NCBI GenBank assembly: GCA_038062165.1
Contig: JBBTXQ010000027.1
Span: 1 to 39,819 of the forward strand
Direction of reading: 5' to 3'
Length of the DNA stretch: 39,819 bases
Origin: Patescibacteria group bacterium
GTDB taxonomy: Bacteria; Patescibacteriota; Minisyncoccia; Phycocordibacterales; DATDSR01
Positions within the stretch are counted from its first letter, which is position 1. Each line of letters starts with the position of its first letter. Positions 25,430 to 35,610 of the stretch are shown in pieces. The notes beneath the pieces are model-generated. The model had not been told where the DNA came from, searched no databases, and saw only the letters and a list, made by a program, of their open reading frames with translations. Made by a program: the position numbers and the translations under genes.

Positions 25430-25503
25430 CTCCCTGTTTAGTCAGGTGATTGTGAACAAAGTGTGCTAGAGTGGGGTTGAAAATTAACAATAACACTTAA
25501 TAT

Positions 25504-25893
25504 ATGGCTCGCTTTGACAGAGGTGGATTCAAGGGAGGGGGTGATCGCAGACCCAAGCAATTATTCGACGCGACTTGCGCCAATTGTGGCAAGGCAACTC
25601 AAGTGCCATTTCGTCCCACGGGTGATCGGCCGGTGTATTGTCGCGAGTGTTTCGCCCAAATGGGCGGGGGAGAAGAGCGCGGGCGAGAGGCAGGAGCACG
25701 CGGTTTCAAGCCCACACAGTCTAGTCCAATTACTAATTCTCCCGATCACAGCGCACTCAAGCGCGAGTTGCAAGAGGTGAATGCCAAACTCGAACGACTC
25801 ATCACGGCCGTGCAATCACTTGCCCAAGTCACTACCTCTGCCGAACCAATTAAGTCTCTCAAGAAGCCAGTTAAAAAAGTATCAAAGAAATAA
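25504..25893 (+). CDS. CxxC-x17-CxxC domain protein
   Basis: ATCANCGKATQVPFRPTGDRPVYCRECF. Confidence 0.9.
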   Translation: MARFDRGGFKGGGDRRPKQLFDATCANCGKATQVPFRPTGDRPVYCRECFAQMGGGEERGREAGARGFKPTQSSPITNSPDHSALKRELQEVNAKLERLITAVQSLAQVTTSAEPIKSLKKPVKKVSKK

Positions 25894-25897
25894 AATT

Positions 25898-26200
25898 ATG
25901 AAGGGGAATATTAAGGAACAGGCACGGATACCGGACGAGGATGTGGTTGAGTGGATTAGAACGCTACAAGAAGGTGGATTTTCACCACAAGAGATTGACA
26001 TAATGATGTCAAATTTGAACGAAGAGTATCTGAGTCAGAAATTTGGCAAATATATAAATGAAGAAGTTTTGAAAGCGATAACTATGGCTGAAAGAGAACA
26101 TGGTCGGGCACTTGACGACGAGGAGAGGAAAATTTTCGAACGAGCCGTTCGTGCAAGATTAAGACAGATCATAATCAACAGTTCTGGTATCGGTTTGTAA
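25898..26200 (+). CDS. Hypothetical protein
   Basis: Start moved to the in-frame ATG at 25898, after the upstream stop; 100 aa. Confidence 0.6.
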   Translation: MKGNIKEQARIPDEDVVEWIRTLQEGGFSPQEIDIMMSNLNEEYLSQKFGKYINEEVLKAITMAEREHGRALDDEERKIFERAVRARLRQIIINSSGIGL

Positions 26201-26208
26201 TTCAAAGC

Positions 26209-27807
26209 ATGACCCAAGCAGAGGCGCTTAATATTCTCAAGACCGGGGCGAATGTTTTCCTGACGGGCGAACCGGGCTCGGGCAAGACTCACACTGTCAA
26301 TGAGTTCGTTCGGTATCTAAAAAGTCAGGGAGTAGAACCAGCCATCACCGCCTCGACGGGCATTGCCGCTACTCATATTGGCGGCATGACTATACATTCT
26401 TGGGCAGGGATTGGAATAAAGAGATACTTATCGAAGTATGAGCTCGACAAGATTGCTACCAATGAGCGTGTGCACAAGCGTGTATCTCGTGCGCGCGTGC
26501 TCATAATAGATGAGATCTCGATGCTCGGCCCAGACACACTCGATATGATTGACGCTGTCTGCCGCACAGTGAGGCGCTCGCACGAACCCTTCGGCGGGCT
26601 CACGGTATTGCTCGTGGGCGACTTCTTCCAATTACCGCCAGTCGTGAAGCGCGAAGAGTTGAACGAGGATGCAGATCTAGAGGAGTCTCGATTGTTTACG
26701 CAAGAAAGGGCCCGCTTCGCCTATCAATCGAGCGTATGGGCTAGAGCAAACTTGCTCACTTGTTATCTGCACGAACAATATCGCCAAGACGATCAAGTTT
26801 TTTTAAATTTACTAGGCGCAATCAGACGCAACGAGTTTGATTTTGATGGTGAGCATCTCGAGCATGTCGAAAAGCGCAAAGTGTCAAACAGCGAGAATCT
26901 CGAACACATACCACAGCTTTATGCTCACAATATTGATGTTGACAGAGTGAACACAGGCAAGCTCGCCCAGATCAAGAGTGATGAGAGAATGTTTGAAATG
27001 TATGCTGAAGGTCCGGAGCACATGACAGAAGCGCTCGCTCGCGGTTGTTTGTCACCCGAGAAGTTGATTCTCAAAGTGGGTGCGGCTGTGATGTGCACCA
27101 AGAATAATCAGAAAGAGAGATTTGTGAACGGCACTCTTGGTACTGTCAGGGCATTTGATAAGACAAGCGGCTACCCGATAATCAAAACGAGATCAGGCAG
27201 AAATATTTTGATAGAACCCATGGAGTGGACGGTGGAAGAGAACGGCAAAGTCAAAGCCAGAATCAGGCAGGTGCCCTTGCGTCTGTCGTGGGCCATCACT
27301 GTACACAAGAGTCAGGGCATGAGCATGGATGCCGCTCTTATGGACCTATCGAATGTTTTTGAACACGGACAAGGCTATGTGGCACTCTCAAGAGTGCGCA
27401 GGCTCGATGGTTTGCACTTGCTTGGCTGGAACGAGCGCACCTTCCAAGTTCATCCCCATGTTCTCGAGCGCGACGTTGCCTTCCGCGCTAATTCCGAAGA
27501 AACCCAAGCAACCTTCGCTAAACTAGACAGGAGCGAACTTGAGAAAATGCACTCAAACTTTGTTCGAGCCTCCGGTGGTAAGCTGAGCAACTTGGCGGTG
27601 AAACCGCCAAGTGAGAAAAAAAGTTATGATGTGGCGAGTCTGCGCACGAAGTATCCGAAAGCGTATCAAGCCTGGGAAAGCGAAGAAGACGGCAAGCTCA
27701 TCCAAATGCATAACAGTGGCATCAAGATAAGCGAAATAGCCAAAGAACTAGGAAGAAAAACCGGCAGTATTACCTCGCGCCTGCGCAAGCACGGCTTAAT
27801 GAAATGA
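26209..27807 (+). CDS. Pif1-family SF1B DNA helicase with C-terminal HTH-like domain
   Basis: GEPGSGKT, TASTGIAA, IIDEISM, GDFFQLPPV, WAITVHKSQG and GQGYVALSR; tail AYQAW..EED...IAKELGRKTGSI.SRL. Confidence 0.93.
   Translation: MTQAEALNILKTGANVFLTGEPGSGKTHTVNEFVRYLKSQGVEPAITASTGIAATHIGGMTIHSWAGIGIKRYLSKYELDKIATNERVHKRVSRARVLIIDEISMLGPDTLDMIDAVCRTVRRSHEPFGGLTVLLVGDFFQLPPVVKREELNEDADLEESRLFTQERARFAYQSSVWARANLLTCYLHEQYRQDDQVFLNLLGAIRRNEFDFDGEHLEHVEKRKVSNSENLEHIPQLYAHNIDVDRVNTGKLAQIKSDERMFEMYAEGPEHMTEALARGCLSPEKLILKVGAAVMCTKNNQKERFVNGTLGTVRAFDKTSGYPIIKTRSGRNILIEPMEWTVEENGKVKARIRQVPLRLSWAITVHKSQGMSMDAALMDLSNVFEHGQGYVALSRVRRLDGLHLLGWNERTFQVHPHVLERDVAFRANSEETQATFAKLDRSELEKMHSNFVRASGGKLSNLAVKPPSEKKSYDVASLRTKYPKAYQAWESEEDGKLIQMHNSGIKISEIAKELGRKTGSITSRLRKHGLMK
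27590..27612. repeat. In-frame REP-like hairpin in the Pif1 linker
   Basis: ACTTGGCGGT-GAA-ACCGCCAAGT perfect 10-bp stem, within NLAVKPPS. Confidence 0.8.
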
Positions 27808-28025
27808 AAATATCGGTCACAATTCGGGCATGTGCTGGGGAGGAGAAGGTGGAAGACTTGGGCTTGGGCAAATACAAAGTCTGGGTGCGCGAGCCGCCAG
27901 AGAAGGGCTCGGCTAACAAAGCACTCATCTTAGCTTTATCCAAATTCTTAAAAGTCTCGCGCTCGCAGATCACTATCCTCTCCGGCCACACAGCCCGTAA
28001 CAAGATTGTGGAGATAGCGGGTTAG
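27804..28025 (+). CDS. DUF167 (YggU/UPF0235) protein
   Basis: V.EPPEKGSANKALI..LS and I.SGHTARNK. Confidence 0.9.
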   Translation: MKISVTIRACAGEEKVEDLGLGKYKVWVREPPEKGSANKALILALSKFLKVSRSQITILSGHTARNKIVEIAG

Positions 28026-28040
28026 GTATAAAATTAAAAA

Positions 28041-28334
28041 ATGAGATTCATTCAATGGCACGATGGTTGCGGGACTAAAATTTCACAGCATGTGCCTTGT
28101 TTTGGGCCACCTGATTCGTACTACACACTTTTCGGGCACGAGCTTTTTGCACAGACTCAGTGGATGATGGTTTCTGTGGCGGCCGGGATTCTACTGGCCA
28201 TTGTCCTTATTGTGTGGCGATCTCGTCAACTGCGCAGGGGTCCATTTTTTCTCGTTATTATTGCACCCGCTATAGTCTCAGTTACTCTTTTTATTTTGCT
28301 TGTATACCTCTGGCCAGTGGTTGTTTACTACTGA
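28041..28334 (+). CDS. Two-TM membrane protein
   Basis: Two hydrophobic helices; TAAAAT 6 nt before the ATG. Confidence 0.6.
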   Translation: MRFIQWHDGCGTKISQHVPCFGPPDSYYTLFGHELFAQTQWMMVSVAAGILLAIVLIVWRSRQLRRGPFFLVIIAPAIVSVTLFILLVYLWPVVVYY

Positions 28335-28439
28335 TTCTTATTCAGAGCTTCGGGACTATGCTAGTATTTTGCAGAAAGTTGCAATAACAAGAATAACAAG
28401 GTGGGGTGTAATTGGTGAAAAAAGTTCTATAATAGGGAA

Positions 28440-28832
28440 ATGAAAGTGATATATAAAATAATCGCTCTGGTTGTATTGGTGGGTGGGGCACTTCTCTTGT
28501 CGCAGGGGTTGAGCGACATAAGAGAGATTGAGACGGCAGAGGATCTGAGGATGAAGAAGTGGATCTGGACAGAGTCGTCCAAATTTGGACTGACATTTAA
28601 TTCAGACGGTCAGCTTGATATTGATACCGATTGCAACAACATGAGCAGTACCTACACAGTGGAGGGGGAGCGACTGATCCTCGGCAGGATCTCTACCACC
28701 CTTATGGCTTGCAACAATTCACGTGAAGGAGAGTTCTCCGCGTCACTTATAAAGACAGAGAGATATACTTTTACCAGTAGCGGTGAGCTAGTTCTCCATC
28801 TCTCCGATGGATCCTCTCTAATGTTCCGATAA
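28440..28832 (+). CDS. META (HslJ-like) domain protein
   Basis: TDCNNM.STY and ISTTLMAC; N-terminal anchor. Confidence 0.88.
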   Translation: MKVIYKIIALVVLVGGALLLSQGLSDIREIETAEDLRMKKWIWTESSKFGLTFNSDGQLDIDTDCNNMSSTYTVEGERLILGRISTTLMACNNSREGEFSASLIKTERYTFTSSGELVLHLSDGSSLMFR

Positions 28833-28883
28833 CCAAGCAAACCATACTGGCATTTTGTAAAAAGTGCAATAAATATATAAACC

Positions 28884-29267
28884 ATGATTGAGCTTACGTT
28901 ATTTGGACGGATCTTCATGCTCGTGGTTGGAGCGATAATCTACCCTCTTATATTGGTAGAGACGATTGCCTTTCTCAAAGCCTCCAAACCAAAACTAACA
29001 CATGCACTTGTTCTCTCTGTTGTCGCCGTGCTTATCTCCAAACTGTTCACACCGCTTCTTCCCTCAAGCATTCTTCTTTCATATATCTTGCTCGCGGCGC
29101 ACTTTATTGGTGTGCCTGCTGGATTACGTTATCTAACCAAGCGATCCATGACTGACGCTCCGGTTCGAGCCTACGTACTCGGGGCCCTCGTGTCCGTCAT
29201 AGTGTTTGTTGTCATCGGCGCCATTCTCCTCAAGATCCTAGCCCCGTACATATTCAAACTAGTTTAG
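28884..29267 (+). CDS. Four-TM membrane protein
   Basis: Four hydrophobic segments. Confidence 0.65.
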   Translation: MIELTLFGRIFMLVVGAIIYPLILVETIAFLKASKPKLTHALVLSVVAVLISKLFTPLLPSSILLSYILLAAHFIGVPAGLRYLTKRSMTDAPVRAYVLGALVSVIVFVVIGAILLKILAPYIFKLV

Positions 29268-29333
29268 TGAATTTCTCACTATCGCTAAGACGGGCGCGCT
29301 TGCGTATTTGACAAAAAGGAGTATAAAGGATGT

Positions 29334-31085
29334 ATGAAAACAAAAATTGCCTTTCTGCCCCTATTTTTAGCCATTATTTTAGTCCCTCTTAGCTTTGTTT
29401 CGGCGGGTAAGCCAAGTGGTGGGGGTGGCGTAAATTCAGGCATCTCTATTGTGAGTCCCAATGGTGGAGAAGTTTACACCGAGGGCGATATCGTCAATAT
29501 AACCTGGACGGCTGGTAAGCGAGTGGGTGATATTTGGATCGGCTATTTTTCCGCACCGAACACGCTTGACTGGATCGCTACTGGCCTATCTAATACCGGT
29601 TCCTATAAGTGGACGGTCAATGTGGGCAATACCACCAACACGCAGTTCAAAATTTACATTTCGAGCAACGGCGGTTCTGATTATTCTAATAATTACTTTA
29701 CAGTCAATCAGCGCGTCCCAGCGCTCACCTTCACCGCTGATAGCGCAAGTCTCCCATACAATGGGAGCACCACACTGCGTTGGAACGCAACTGACGTAAC
29801 ATCATGTACTGCCACAGGCGCTTGGAGTGGCAGCAAGACCCTCGCTGGTTCGCAAGCCGTCGGGCCACTCACAAGTTCGCGTACTTATTGGCTTAACTGC
29901 ACGGGCATATATGGTTCGATAAGTAAGAGTGTGACTATCACCGTCGCACCGGCACCAGTGCCTACGCTCGCACTTACTCCCGATGACACAAGTCTTGCTT
30001 ATGGTGGCGAGACCACGATTCGCTGGACTAGCACTAATGCCACGAGCTGCTCTGCTTCTGGTGCTTGGAGCGGAAGCAAGCCTACATCTGGAGCTTATGC
30101 GACCGGCGCACTCACAAGCTCAAAGACTTACACACTAATTTGCTACGGCAATGGGAGTTCTGTTGTGAAGAGTGTGAGTGTCTCGATCGCTCCGGCGCCT
30201 GCACCAACTGTGGCGCTTGCGGCCGATGACTCTGACTTGCCTTATGGTGGCGAGACTACTCTGCGGTGGATTTCTACAAACGCCACTTCTTGTGCCGCTT
30301 CTGGCTCTTGGACTGGTAGCAAGGCAACGACTGGCGAACAGGCCACGGGCAGACTCGGCGGTGGTAGTCGCAGCTTTACTCTCACTTGCACAGGTGCAGG
30401 TGGGTCAGCTTCTTCTACTGTTACAGTGTACGTTGCGCCTTCGATCTATCCTGTGCCAACGGTCAAGCTCACGGCTGCCGATCCGATCGTTAGTTCCGGT
30501 AACGCGACCACACTTAATTGGACTTCTACGGGAGCAGAGCGTTGCGTTGCGTATGGGGCTTGGGATGGAGATGTCGCCACAAGTGGTTCTATCTCCACGG
30601 GCGCCTTGTATGAAGATCATTACTACAGCATCACTTGTTACAACCCAGACAATATCAGCAACTATTATCTGGTGGTGGTAAATGTTATAAATGGTCCGGT
30701 TAATCTTGTGCCTTTTGCGGGTACCTTCCAAGAAATGTTGGACTCTGGAAATAGTTACGTTTGCTATAGCGATTTCTGGCCGGAAGGAAAAGGTCCAAGT
30801 TCTAAATACACTTATTACCTAGCCGACGGGAAAGTGCGCAGAGAAGCCGAATACCTAGACGGCACTACCGGAACCTTTTTCCCATCTACTGGTTCGTATT
30901 ACCTTGAGTTGTACTATCCTTCGATCGCGCTCTATACCAAAGACTATCTCAACAACACTCGAACATTCTATCCCGGAGAATCAACATACGAGAGCTTTGC
31001 CAAAGGAATGAGTGAACCAACAAATAGCGTAGATTATTGTAGCCAAGGTTCCCTCGACCCAGCTCTCTTTACTCTACCCCTGTAA
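29334..31085 (+). CDS. Secreted surface protein with a Ser/Thr-rich Ig-like domain and four tandem Ig-like repeats
   Basis: Signal peptide; SPNGGE...ITW; four repeats of about 82 aa with TTL.W...A..C.A.G.W.G...Y.L.C. Confidence 0.85.
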   Translation: MKTKIAFLPLFLAIILVPLSFVSAGKPSGGGGVNSGISIVSPNGGEVYTEGDIVNITWTAGKRVGDIWIGYFSAPNTLDWIATGLSNTGSYKWTVNVGNTTNTQFKIYISSNGGSDYSNNYFTVNQRVPALTFTADSASLPYNGSTTLRWNATDVTSCTATGAWSGSKTLAGSQAVGPLTSSRTYWLNCTGIYGSISKSVTITVAPAPVPTLALTPDDTSLAYGGETTIRWTSTNATSCSASGAWSGSKPTSGAYATGALTSSKTYTLICYGNGSSVVKSVSVSIAPAPAPTVALAADDSDLPYGGETTLRWISTNATSCAASGSWTGSKATTGEQATGRLGGGSRSFTLTCTGAGGSASSTVTVYVAPSIYPVPTVKLTAADPIVSSGNATTLNWTSTGAERCVAYGAWDGDVATSGSISTGALYEDHYYSITCYNPDNISNYYLVVVNVINGPVNLVPFAGTFQEMLDSGNSYVCYSDFWPEGKGPSSKYTYYLADGKVRREAEYLDGTTGTFFPSTGSYYLELYYPSIALYTKDYLNNTRTFYPGESTYESFAKGMSEPTNSVDYCSQGSLDPALFTLPL

Positions 31086-31114
31086 CAAACTCAAGCATCT
31101 GTTATAATTAACGT

Positions 31115-31483
31115 ATGAATAATTGGCTCAAAATAATCGGCTCTCTAGTTGTGCTTGTTGGCATTGCTCTAGTGCTTACTCAATTTCAGAATACTAACGA
31201 GCAAACACCACAACCAGAACCAGAACCACAAGAAGAGCCCGCACCCGAACCCACACCTTCCGATGATCCCGAACCTCCCAATTCTGGGAATGACGTTGTG
31301 TATTGCAAACCCGAACAGCGCAGAGCAGATGCTTGCATTACTCTCTACAAACCAGTCTGCGGCAATGTGAATGTGCAGTGTATTAAAGAACCTTGTCCTC
31401 CGCTCAAGCAAACTTACGGAAACTCTTGCGAGGCGTGTAGCAACGAACTTGTAGACTTCTACACCGAAGGGGAGTGTCGGTAA
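31115..31483 (+). CDS. Membrane-anchored Cys-rich (Kazal-like) protein
   Basis: CITLYKPVCG...TYGNSCEAC...GEC after a Pro/Glu linker. Confidence 0.75.
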   Translation: MNNWLKIIGSLVVLVGIALVLTQFQNTNEQTPQPEPEPQEEPAPEPTPSDDPEPPNSGNDVVYCKPEQRRADACITLYKPVCGNVNVQCIKEPCPPLKQTYGNSCEACSNELVDFYTEGECR

Positions 31484-31496
31484 GTGAGACTTAAAT

Positions 31497-32168
31497 ATGA
31501 CAGTTCTGGTCACAGGTATTGGCAAAGGGATTGGACAGGCCCTGGCCCAAAAGTTCTTGGCTGAAGGGCACGATGTTGTGGGCACTTATTTCCAGTCTGT
31601 GCCCGATTTCTCTCACGACAAACTCACATGCATCCCGCTTGATTTGAGTGATGGTGCAAGTGTTGTGAGTGCTGTGCACGAGATAGAAAAGTTAGGAATT
31701 AAATTTGATGTGCTTATCAATAATGCCGGGGCACTCTTCGATGAAGAAGAAACGAAAGTTGTTATAGATAAATTACGCAAGACGCTTGAAGTGAACTTAA
31801 TCGGCACTATTAATTTTACCGAGCAAATTTTAGAATCAGTGAGTAGTAACGCACACATAATCAATATCTCCTCCCGAGCTGGTTCACACGAAATGCATCT
31901 ACAAGAAAAGAGTCACGAACCATTTCAGTATCCCGCATATCGTATTTCTAAGTCTGCACTCAACATGTACACTGTCTTTCTTTCGCATCAACTTGCCCCG
32001 CGCAAGATCACTGTCTCCTCTGTGCATCCGGGTTGGGTGCGCACAGATATGGGTGGCGAGGAAGCAGATATTACACCCGAAGAAGCCGCGAGTGATATTT
32101 ACAAATTTGCTCTCACGCGTCCAGAGTCGGGCCAATTTTGGCATAATGGAAAACGACTACCATGGTAA
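31497..32168 (+). CDS. Short-chain dehydrogenase/reductase
   Basis: TGIGKGIG, LINNAG, YRISK (YxxxK) and HPGWVRTDMGG. Confidence 0.95.
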   Translation: MTVLVTGIGKGIGQALAQKFLAEGHDVVGTYFQSVPDFSHDKLTCIPLDLSDGASVVSAVHEIEKLGIKFDVLINNAGALFDEEETKVVIDKLRKTLEVNLIGTINFTEQILESVSSNAHIINISSRAGSHEMHLQEKSHEPFQYPAYRISKSALNMYTVFLSHQLAPRKITVSSVHPGWVRTDMGGEEADITPEEAASDIYKFALTRPESGQFWHNGKRLPW

Positions 32169-32554
32169 AAAAATTACATCTTGAATTTATTGGCACTCTC
32201 ATCTTTGTTCTCGGAGGAACTTATGTTGCTTACAAGTTGATTGGTGGTGTGGGCGAATTCTGGAGCGCACAGAAGTTCTGGAATGTCGCGCTCATTATCT
32301 GTTGGCTCTTTGTCTCGGCCGGCTATTATCATCAAGGCTGGAAGGTGCATAAACGGCGTGATTCAAGTGAGGTCTCGCTTCTTCTGCCCGTAACAGTCTT
32401 TATCGTGCAGTGTATCCTCTTTGTGAAGGGGATCTATTATCATGACTGGTCGCTTATAGCGGGAGCTATGATGGTCAATTCCGGTGTGGTATTCAGTATT
32501 TACCAAATAGTCAAGAATAAACCAGTAGTGTATAATAAGAGTACTATTAATTAA
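32162..32554 (+). CDS. Small membrane protein, PQ-loop/SemiSWEET-like
   Basis: Four TM segments; HQGWKVHKRRDSSEVSL resembles the PQ-loop pattern but lacks the Pro. Confidence 0.5.
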   Translation: MVKKLHLEFIGTLIFVLGGTYVAYKLIGGVGEFWSAQKFWNVALIICWLFVSAGYYHQGWKVHKRRDSSEVSLLLPVTVFIVQCILFVKGIYYHDWSLIAGAMMVNSGVVFSIYQIVKNKPVVYNKSTIN

Positions 32555-32568
32555 GTAACAATAAGTAT

Positions 32569-32823
32569 ATGGCAAAAGAGAATTCGGCTTTCATGAAGCC
32601 CTTGAAAGTGAGTGACGATTTGGCGGCAGTGGTCGGTCCTGGCCCCTTACCTCGTTCAGAAGTGGTTAAGAAGCTCTGGGTCTACATCAAGGGTCACAAT
32701 CTTCAGAATCCTAAGAAAAGACGCAATATCATCGCCGATGATAAGCTCAAAGCAGTTTTCGGTGGTAAAGGTGAGGTTGATATGTTCGAGATGCAAAAAT
32801 TAGTTTCGGCCCACCTCTCATAA
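32569..32823 (+). CDS. Stand-alone SWIB/MDM2 domain protein
   Basis: LAAVVG..PLPRSEVVKKLWVYIK.HNLQ and DMFEM.KLVS.HL. Confidence 0.93.
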   Translation: MAKENSAFMKPLKVSDDLAAVVGPGPLPRSEVVKKLWVYIKGHNLQNPKKRRNIIADDKLKAVFGGKGEVDMFEMQKLVSAHLS

Positions 32824-32866
32824 CCTCTCAAATTAACAAAAATAAAGTAAATCACAATAAAATAAT

Positions 32867-33073
32867 ATGACAGGAACAATCAAAACACTTCTTACTGAAA
32901 AGAAGTTCGGCTTCATCACAGTAGAAGGACGCGAGAAGGATCTCTTCTTCCACAAAGACAAAGTAGCCGCTGGCACCAACTTCGACGATCTTAAAGAGGG
33001 TGACACAGTCTCCTTTGACATCAACGAGACTGGTCCTAAGGGCCCAGCCGCAGAGAACGTCGCCCGCGCGTAA
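32867..33073 (+). CDS. Cold-shock domain protein
   Basis: KFGFI (RNP1), DLFFH (RNP2) and GPKGPAAENV. Confidence 0.95.
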   Translation: MTGTIKTLLTEKKFGFITVEGREKDLFFHKDKVAAGTNFDDLKEGDTVSFDINETGPKGPAAENVARA

Positions 33074-33082
33074 GCAAATCGC

Positions 33083-33940
33083 ATGAGGTCGTATCGGGAG
33101 ATCTTGGCCCTGGCTAAGTCTGGCAATTACGCGATTGGCCACTTCAATTTTGCCAATTTCGAGATGCTCTGGGGTGTGGTGAACGCGGCTAAGAAATTGC
33201 AAGTGCCTGCTTTGTTAGGCTTGGCTGAAGGCGAACGCGATTGGGTGGGGATAAAACAAGCAGTTGCTTTGGTTAAAAGCTTGCGTGAAGAAGGGTTAGA
33301 AGTATATCTGAATGCCGATCACACTTATTCGCTTGAAAGAGTTAAAGAGGCAATTGATGCAGGTTTCGATTCTGTTATATTTGACGGGGCAAAATTAGGC
33401 ATAGAAGAGAATATTAAGATCACAAAGGAGTGCGTTGACTATGCCAGGGCCGTATCATCTTCTTCGGGTCGAGATGTGATTATAGAGGGCGAACTTGGTT
33501 ATATCGGCGAGGGATCGACTGTGCGTGACGCACTTCCTGACGGTGTGCAAATGACTAGTGTGGGTGATGCACAAAGATTTGTAGAAGAGACGGGTGTTGA
33601 TTTGTTCGCGCCTGCTGTGGGCAATGTGCACGGCATGTTGCGCGGCTCTTATGATCCACCCCTAGATTTATCTAGGATAGAAGAAATTGTAGGCGCAGTA
33701 AATGTGCCACTTGTCTTGCACGGTGGTTCGGGTACGCCCAATTTGAGTGAGGGTATCGCGGCGGGCATTAGTGTGGTGCATATTTCTACTGAATTGCGCA
33801 AAGCCTGGCACGACGCAATGCTAGTGCACTTAGAAGAATTTCCAGACGAAATTGCGCCGTATAAAGTGGGCAAAGGCGCCCTGGAGGCAATCCAAAAAGT
33901 AGTCGAATCTCGCTTGGAATTATTTTCAAGCCCTAATTAA
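33083..33940 (+). CDS. fba: Class II fructose-bisphosphate aldolase
   Basis: NADH, FDSVIFDG, EGELGYIG, AVGNVHG and PLVLHGGSG. Confidence 0.93.
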   Translation: MRSYREILALAKSGNYAIGHFNFANFEMLWGVVNAAKKLQVPALLGLAEGERDWVGIKQAVALVKSLREEGLEVYLNADHTYSLERVKEAIDAGFDSVIFDGAKLGIEENIKITKECVDYARAVSSSSGRDVIIEGELGYIGEGSTVRDALPDGVQMTSVGDAQRFVEETGVDLFAPAVGNVHGMLRGSYDPPLDLSRIEEIVGAVNVPLVLHGGSGTPNLSEGIAAGISVVHISTELRKAWHDAMLVHLEEFPDEIAPYKVGKGALEAIQKVVESRLELFSSPN

Positions 33941-33958
33941 TTTTCTAAATTTTAGTCC

Positions 33959-35605
33959 GTGACACTTAAAGAGCAATTACAGCACATAATCAAGGGCGAC
34001 GTTTCTGATGCAATTGAGATTCTCAATAAGAATTCTACCGACGCTTCCATATTTCAGATACAGCCGGAACTTGTTGTGTCACCGCATTCAAGCGAGGATA
34101 TCAAGAATCTAGTCAGTTTTGTTAATTTGCACAAGAGCGAATTCCCACATCTCTCGCTTACTGCCCGGGCGGCCGGTACAGACATGAGTGGTGGCCCGCT
34201 TACAGAATCGGTCGTGCTGGATTTTCTGAAATATTTCCAAGGAGTTAAGAATATAGATATTGATAAGCAAGAGGCAACTGTCTTGCCCGGCACGTATTAT
34301 CGCGATTTCGAGAAAGCCACATTAGGCAAGGGCTTACTCTTACCCAGCTATACTGCGAGTAAGGAGTTGTGCACCGTGGGTGGTATGGTGGCCAATAATT
34401 CTGGCGGCGAGAAAACTCTTACCTATGGCAAAACGATCGATTATGTGCGTGAACTTAAAATTGTTCTTTCAGATGGTAATGAGTATGTAACTAGGGCACT
34501 TGACCGTGCGGGTCTGGATGAGAAGATCGCCCAGAATAATTTCGAAGGGAAAATTTATTCTGAAATAAAAAAGTTAGTGGAAGTTAATAGAAACTTGTTG
34601 CGCGAGGCTAAGCCCAAAGTGCACAAGAATTCGGCCGGTTATTACTTATGGGATGTGTGGGATGGTGAGACATTTGATCTGAACAAATTGATCGTTGGCT
34701 CGCAGGGCACACTGGGTATAATCACTGAAATCAAATTAGGCTTAATCAAGCCCAAAGAGCACTCAAGTCTACTTGTGATCATGCTCGACGAGTTCGCCAT
34801 GCTTTCAGAGGTGGTAGGAACGATCCTTGCGCATAAACCAGAAAGTTTTGAGGCATATGATGATCACTCTATGAAGCTCGCCGTGCGCTTCATGCCGGAC
34901 ATGATGAAGCAATTGGGGGCAAAGAACTTAATCGCGTTGGGTTGGCAATTCTTGCCAGAAATTAGATTGATCTTGCTGGGCGGTGTGCCTAAATTAATCC
35001 TAGTTGCAGAATTTACAGGCGATTCTGAAGACGAGATATATGCAAAAGCGCGTGCCGCAGAAAAAGACTTAAAAAAGTTCGATATCAGGACGCATATTGC
35101 CAAAAATGACAAAGAAGAGAATAAATATTGGACAATGCGTCGCGAGAGCTTCAATCTCCTGCGCAAGCATGTTCACGGCAAGCACACGGCACCCTTCATA
35201 GACGACATTGTTGTCTTGCCAGAGCACTTGCCTAAGTTCTTGCCAGAATTAAATGCCTTGATGAAAGATTATAAACTTGAGTACACAATCGCAGGCCATA
35301 TCGGCGATGGGAATTTCCATATTATTCCCTTGATGGACTTTGAGAGACCGGATTTCAAACAGATTATAAGTGAACTCTCGAAAAAAGTTTATGATCTAGT
35401 AGGGAAGTATGGCGGTTCGATCACAGGCGAACACAATGACGGTCTAATCAGGACGCCCTTTCTAAACAGGATGTATAAACCAGAAATTCTGGAACTTTTC
35501 AATCAAACCAAGCAAATTTTTGACCCCCTGAACATTTTTAACCCTGGCAAGAAGACGGGAGCTGACCTAGGCTATACCCTTTCCCACATCAGACATTGGC
35601 AATAA
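33959..35605 (+). CDS. FAD-linked oxidoreductase (GlcD/D-lactate dehydrogenase family)
   Basis: RAAGTDMSG, GGMVANNSGG, GSQGTLGII, GHIGDGNFH, TGEHNDG and FDPLNIFNPGK. Confidence 0.93.
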   Translation: MTLKEQLQHIIKGDVSDAIEILNKNSTDASIFQIQPELVVSPHSSEDIKNLVSFVNLHKSEFPHLSLTARAAGTDMSGGPLTESVVLDFLKYFQGVKNIDIDKQEATVLPGTYYRDFEKATLGKGLLLPSYTASKELCTVGGMVANNSGGEKTLTYGKTIDYVRELKIVLSDGNEYVTRALDRAGLDEKIAQNNFEGKIYSEIKKLVEVNRNLLREAKPKVHKNSAGYYLWDVWDGETFDLNKLIVGSQGTLGIITEIKLGLIKPKEHSSLLVIMLDEFAMLSEVVGTILAHKPESFEAYDDHSMKLAVRFMPDMMKQLGAKNLIALGWQFLPEIRLILLGGVPKLILVAEFTGDSEDEIYAKARAAEKDLKKFDIRTHIAKNDKEENKYWTMRRESFNLLRKHVHGKHTAPFIDDIVVLPEHLPKFLPELNALMKDYKLEYTIAGHIGDGNFHIIPLMDFERPDFKQIISELSKKVYDLVGKYGGSITGEHNDGLIRTPFLNRMYKPEILELFNQTKQIFDPLNIFNPGKKTGADLGYTLSHIRHWQ

Positions 35606-35610
35606 CAGTA

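Noticed and set aside
29334-31085. Repeats in the surface protein as a recombination cassette system
   Set aside because: These are ordinary diverged tandem Ig-like domains; no recombinase or silent copies seen
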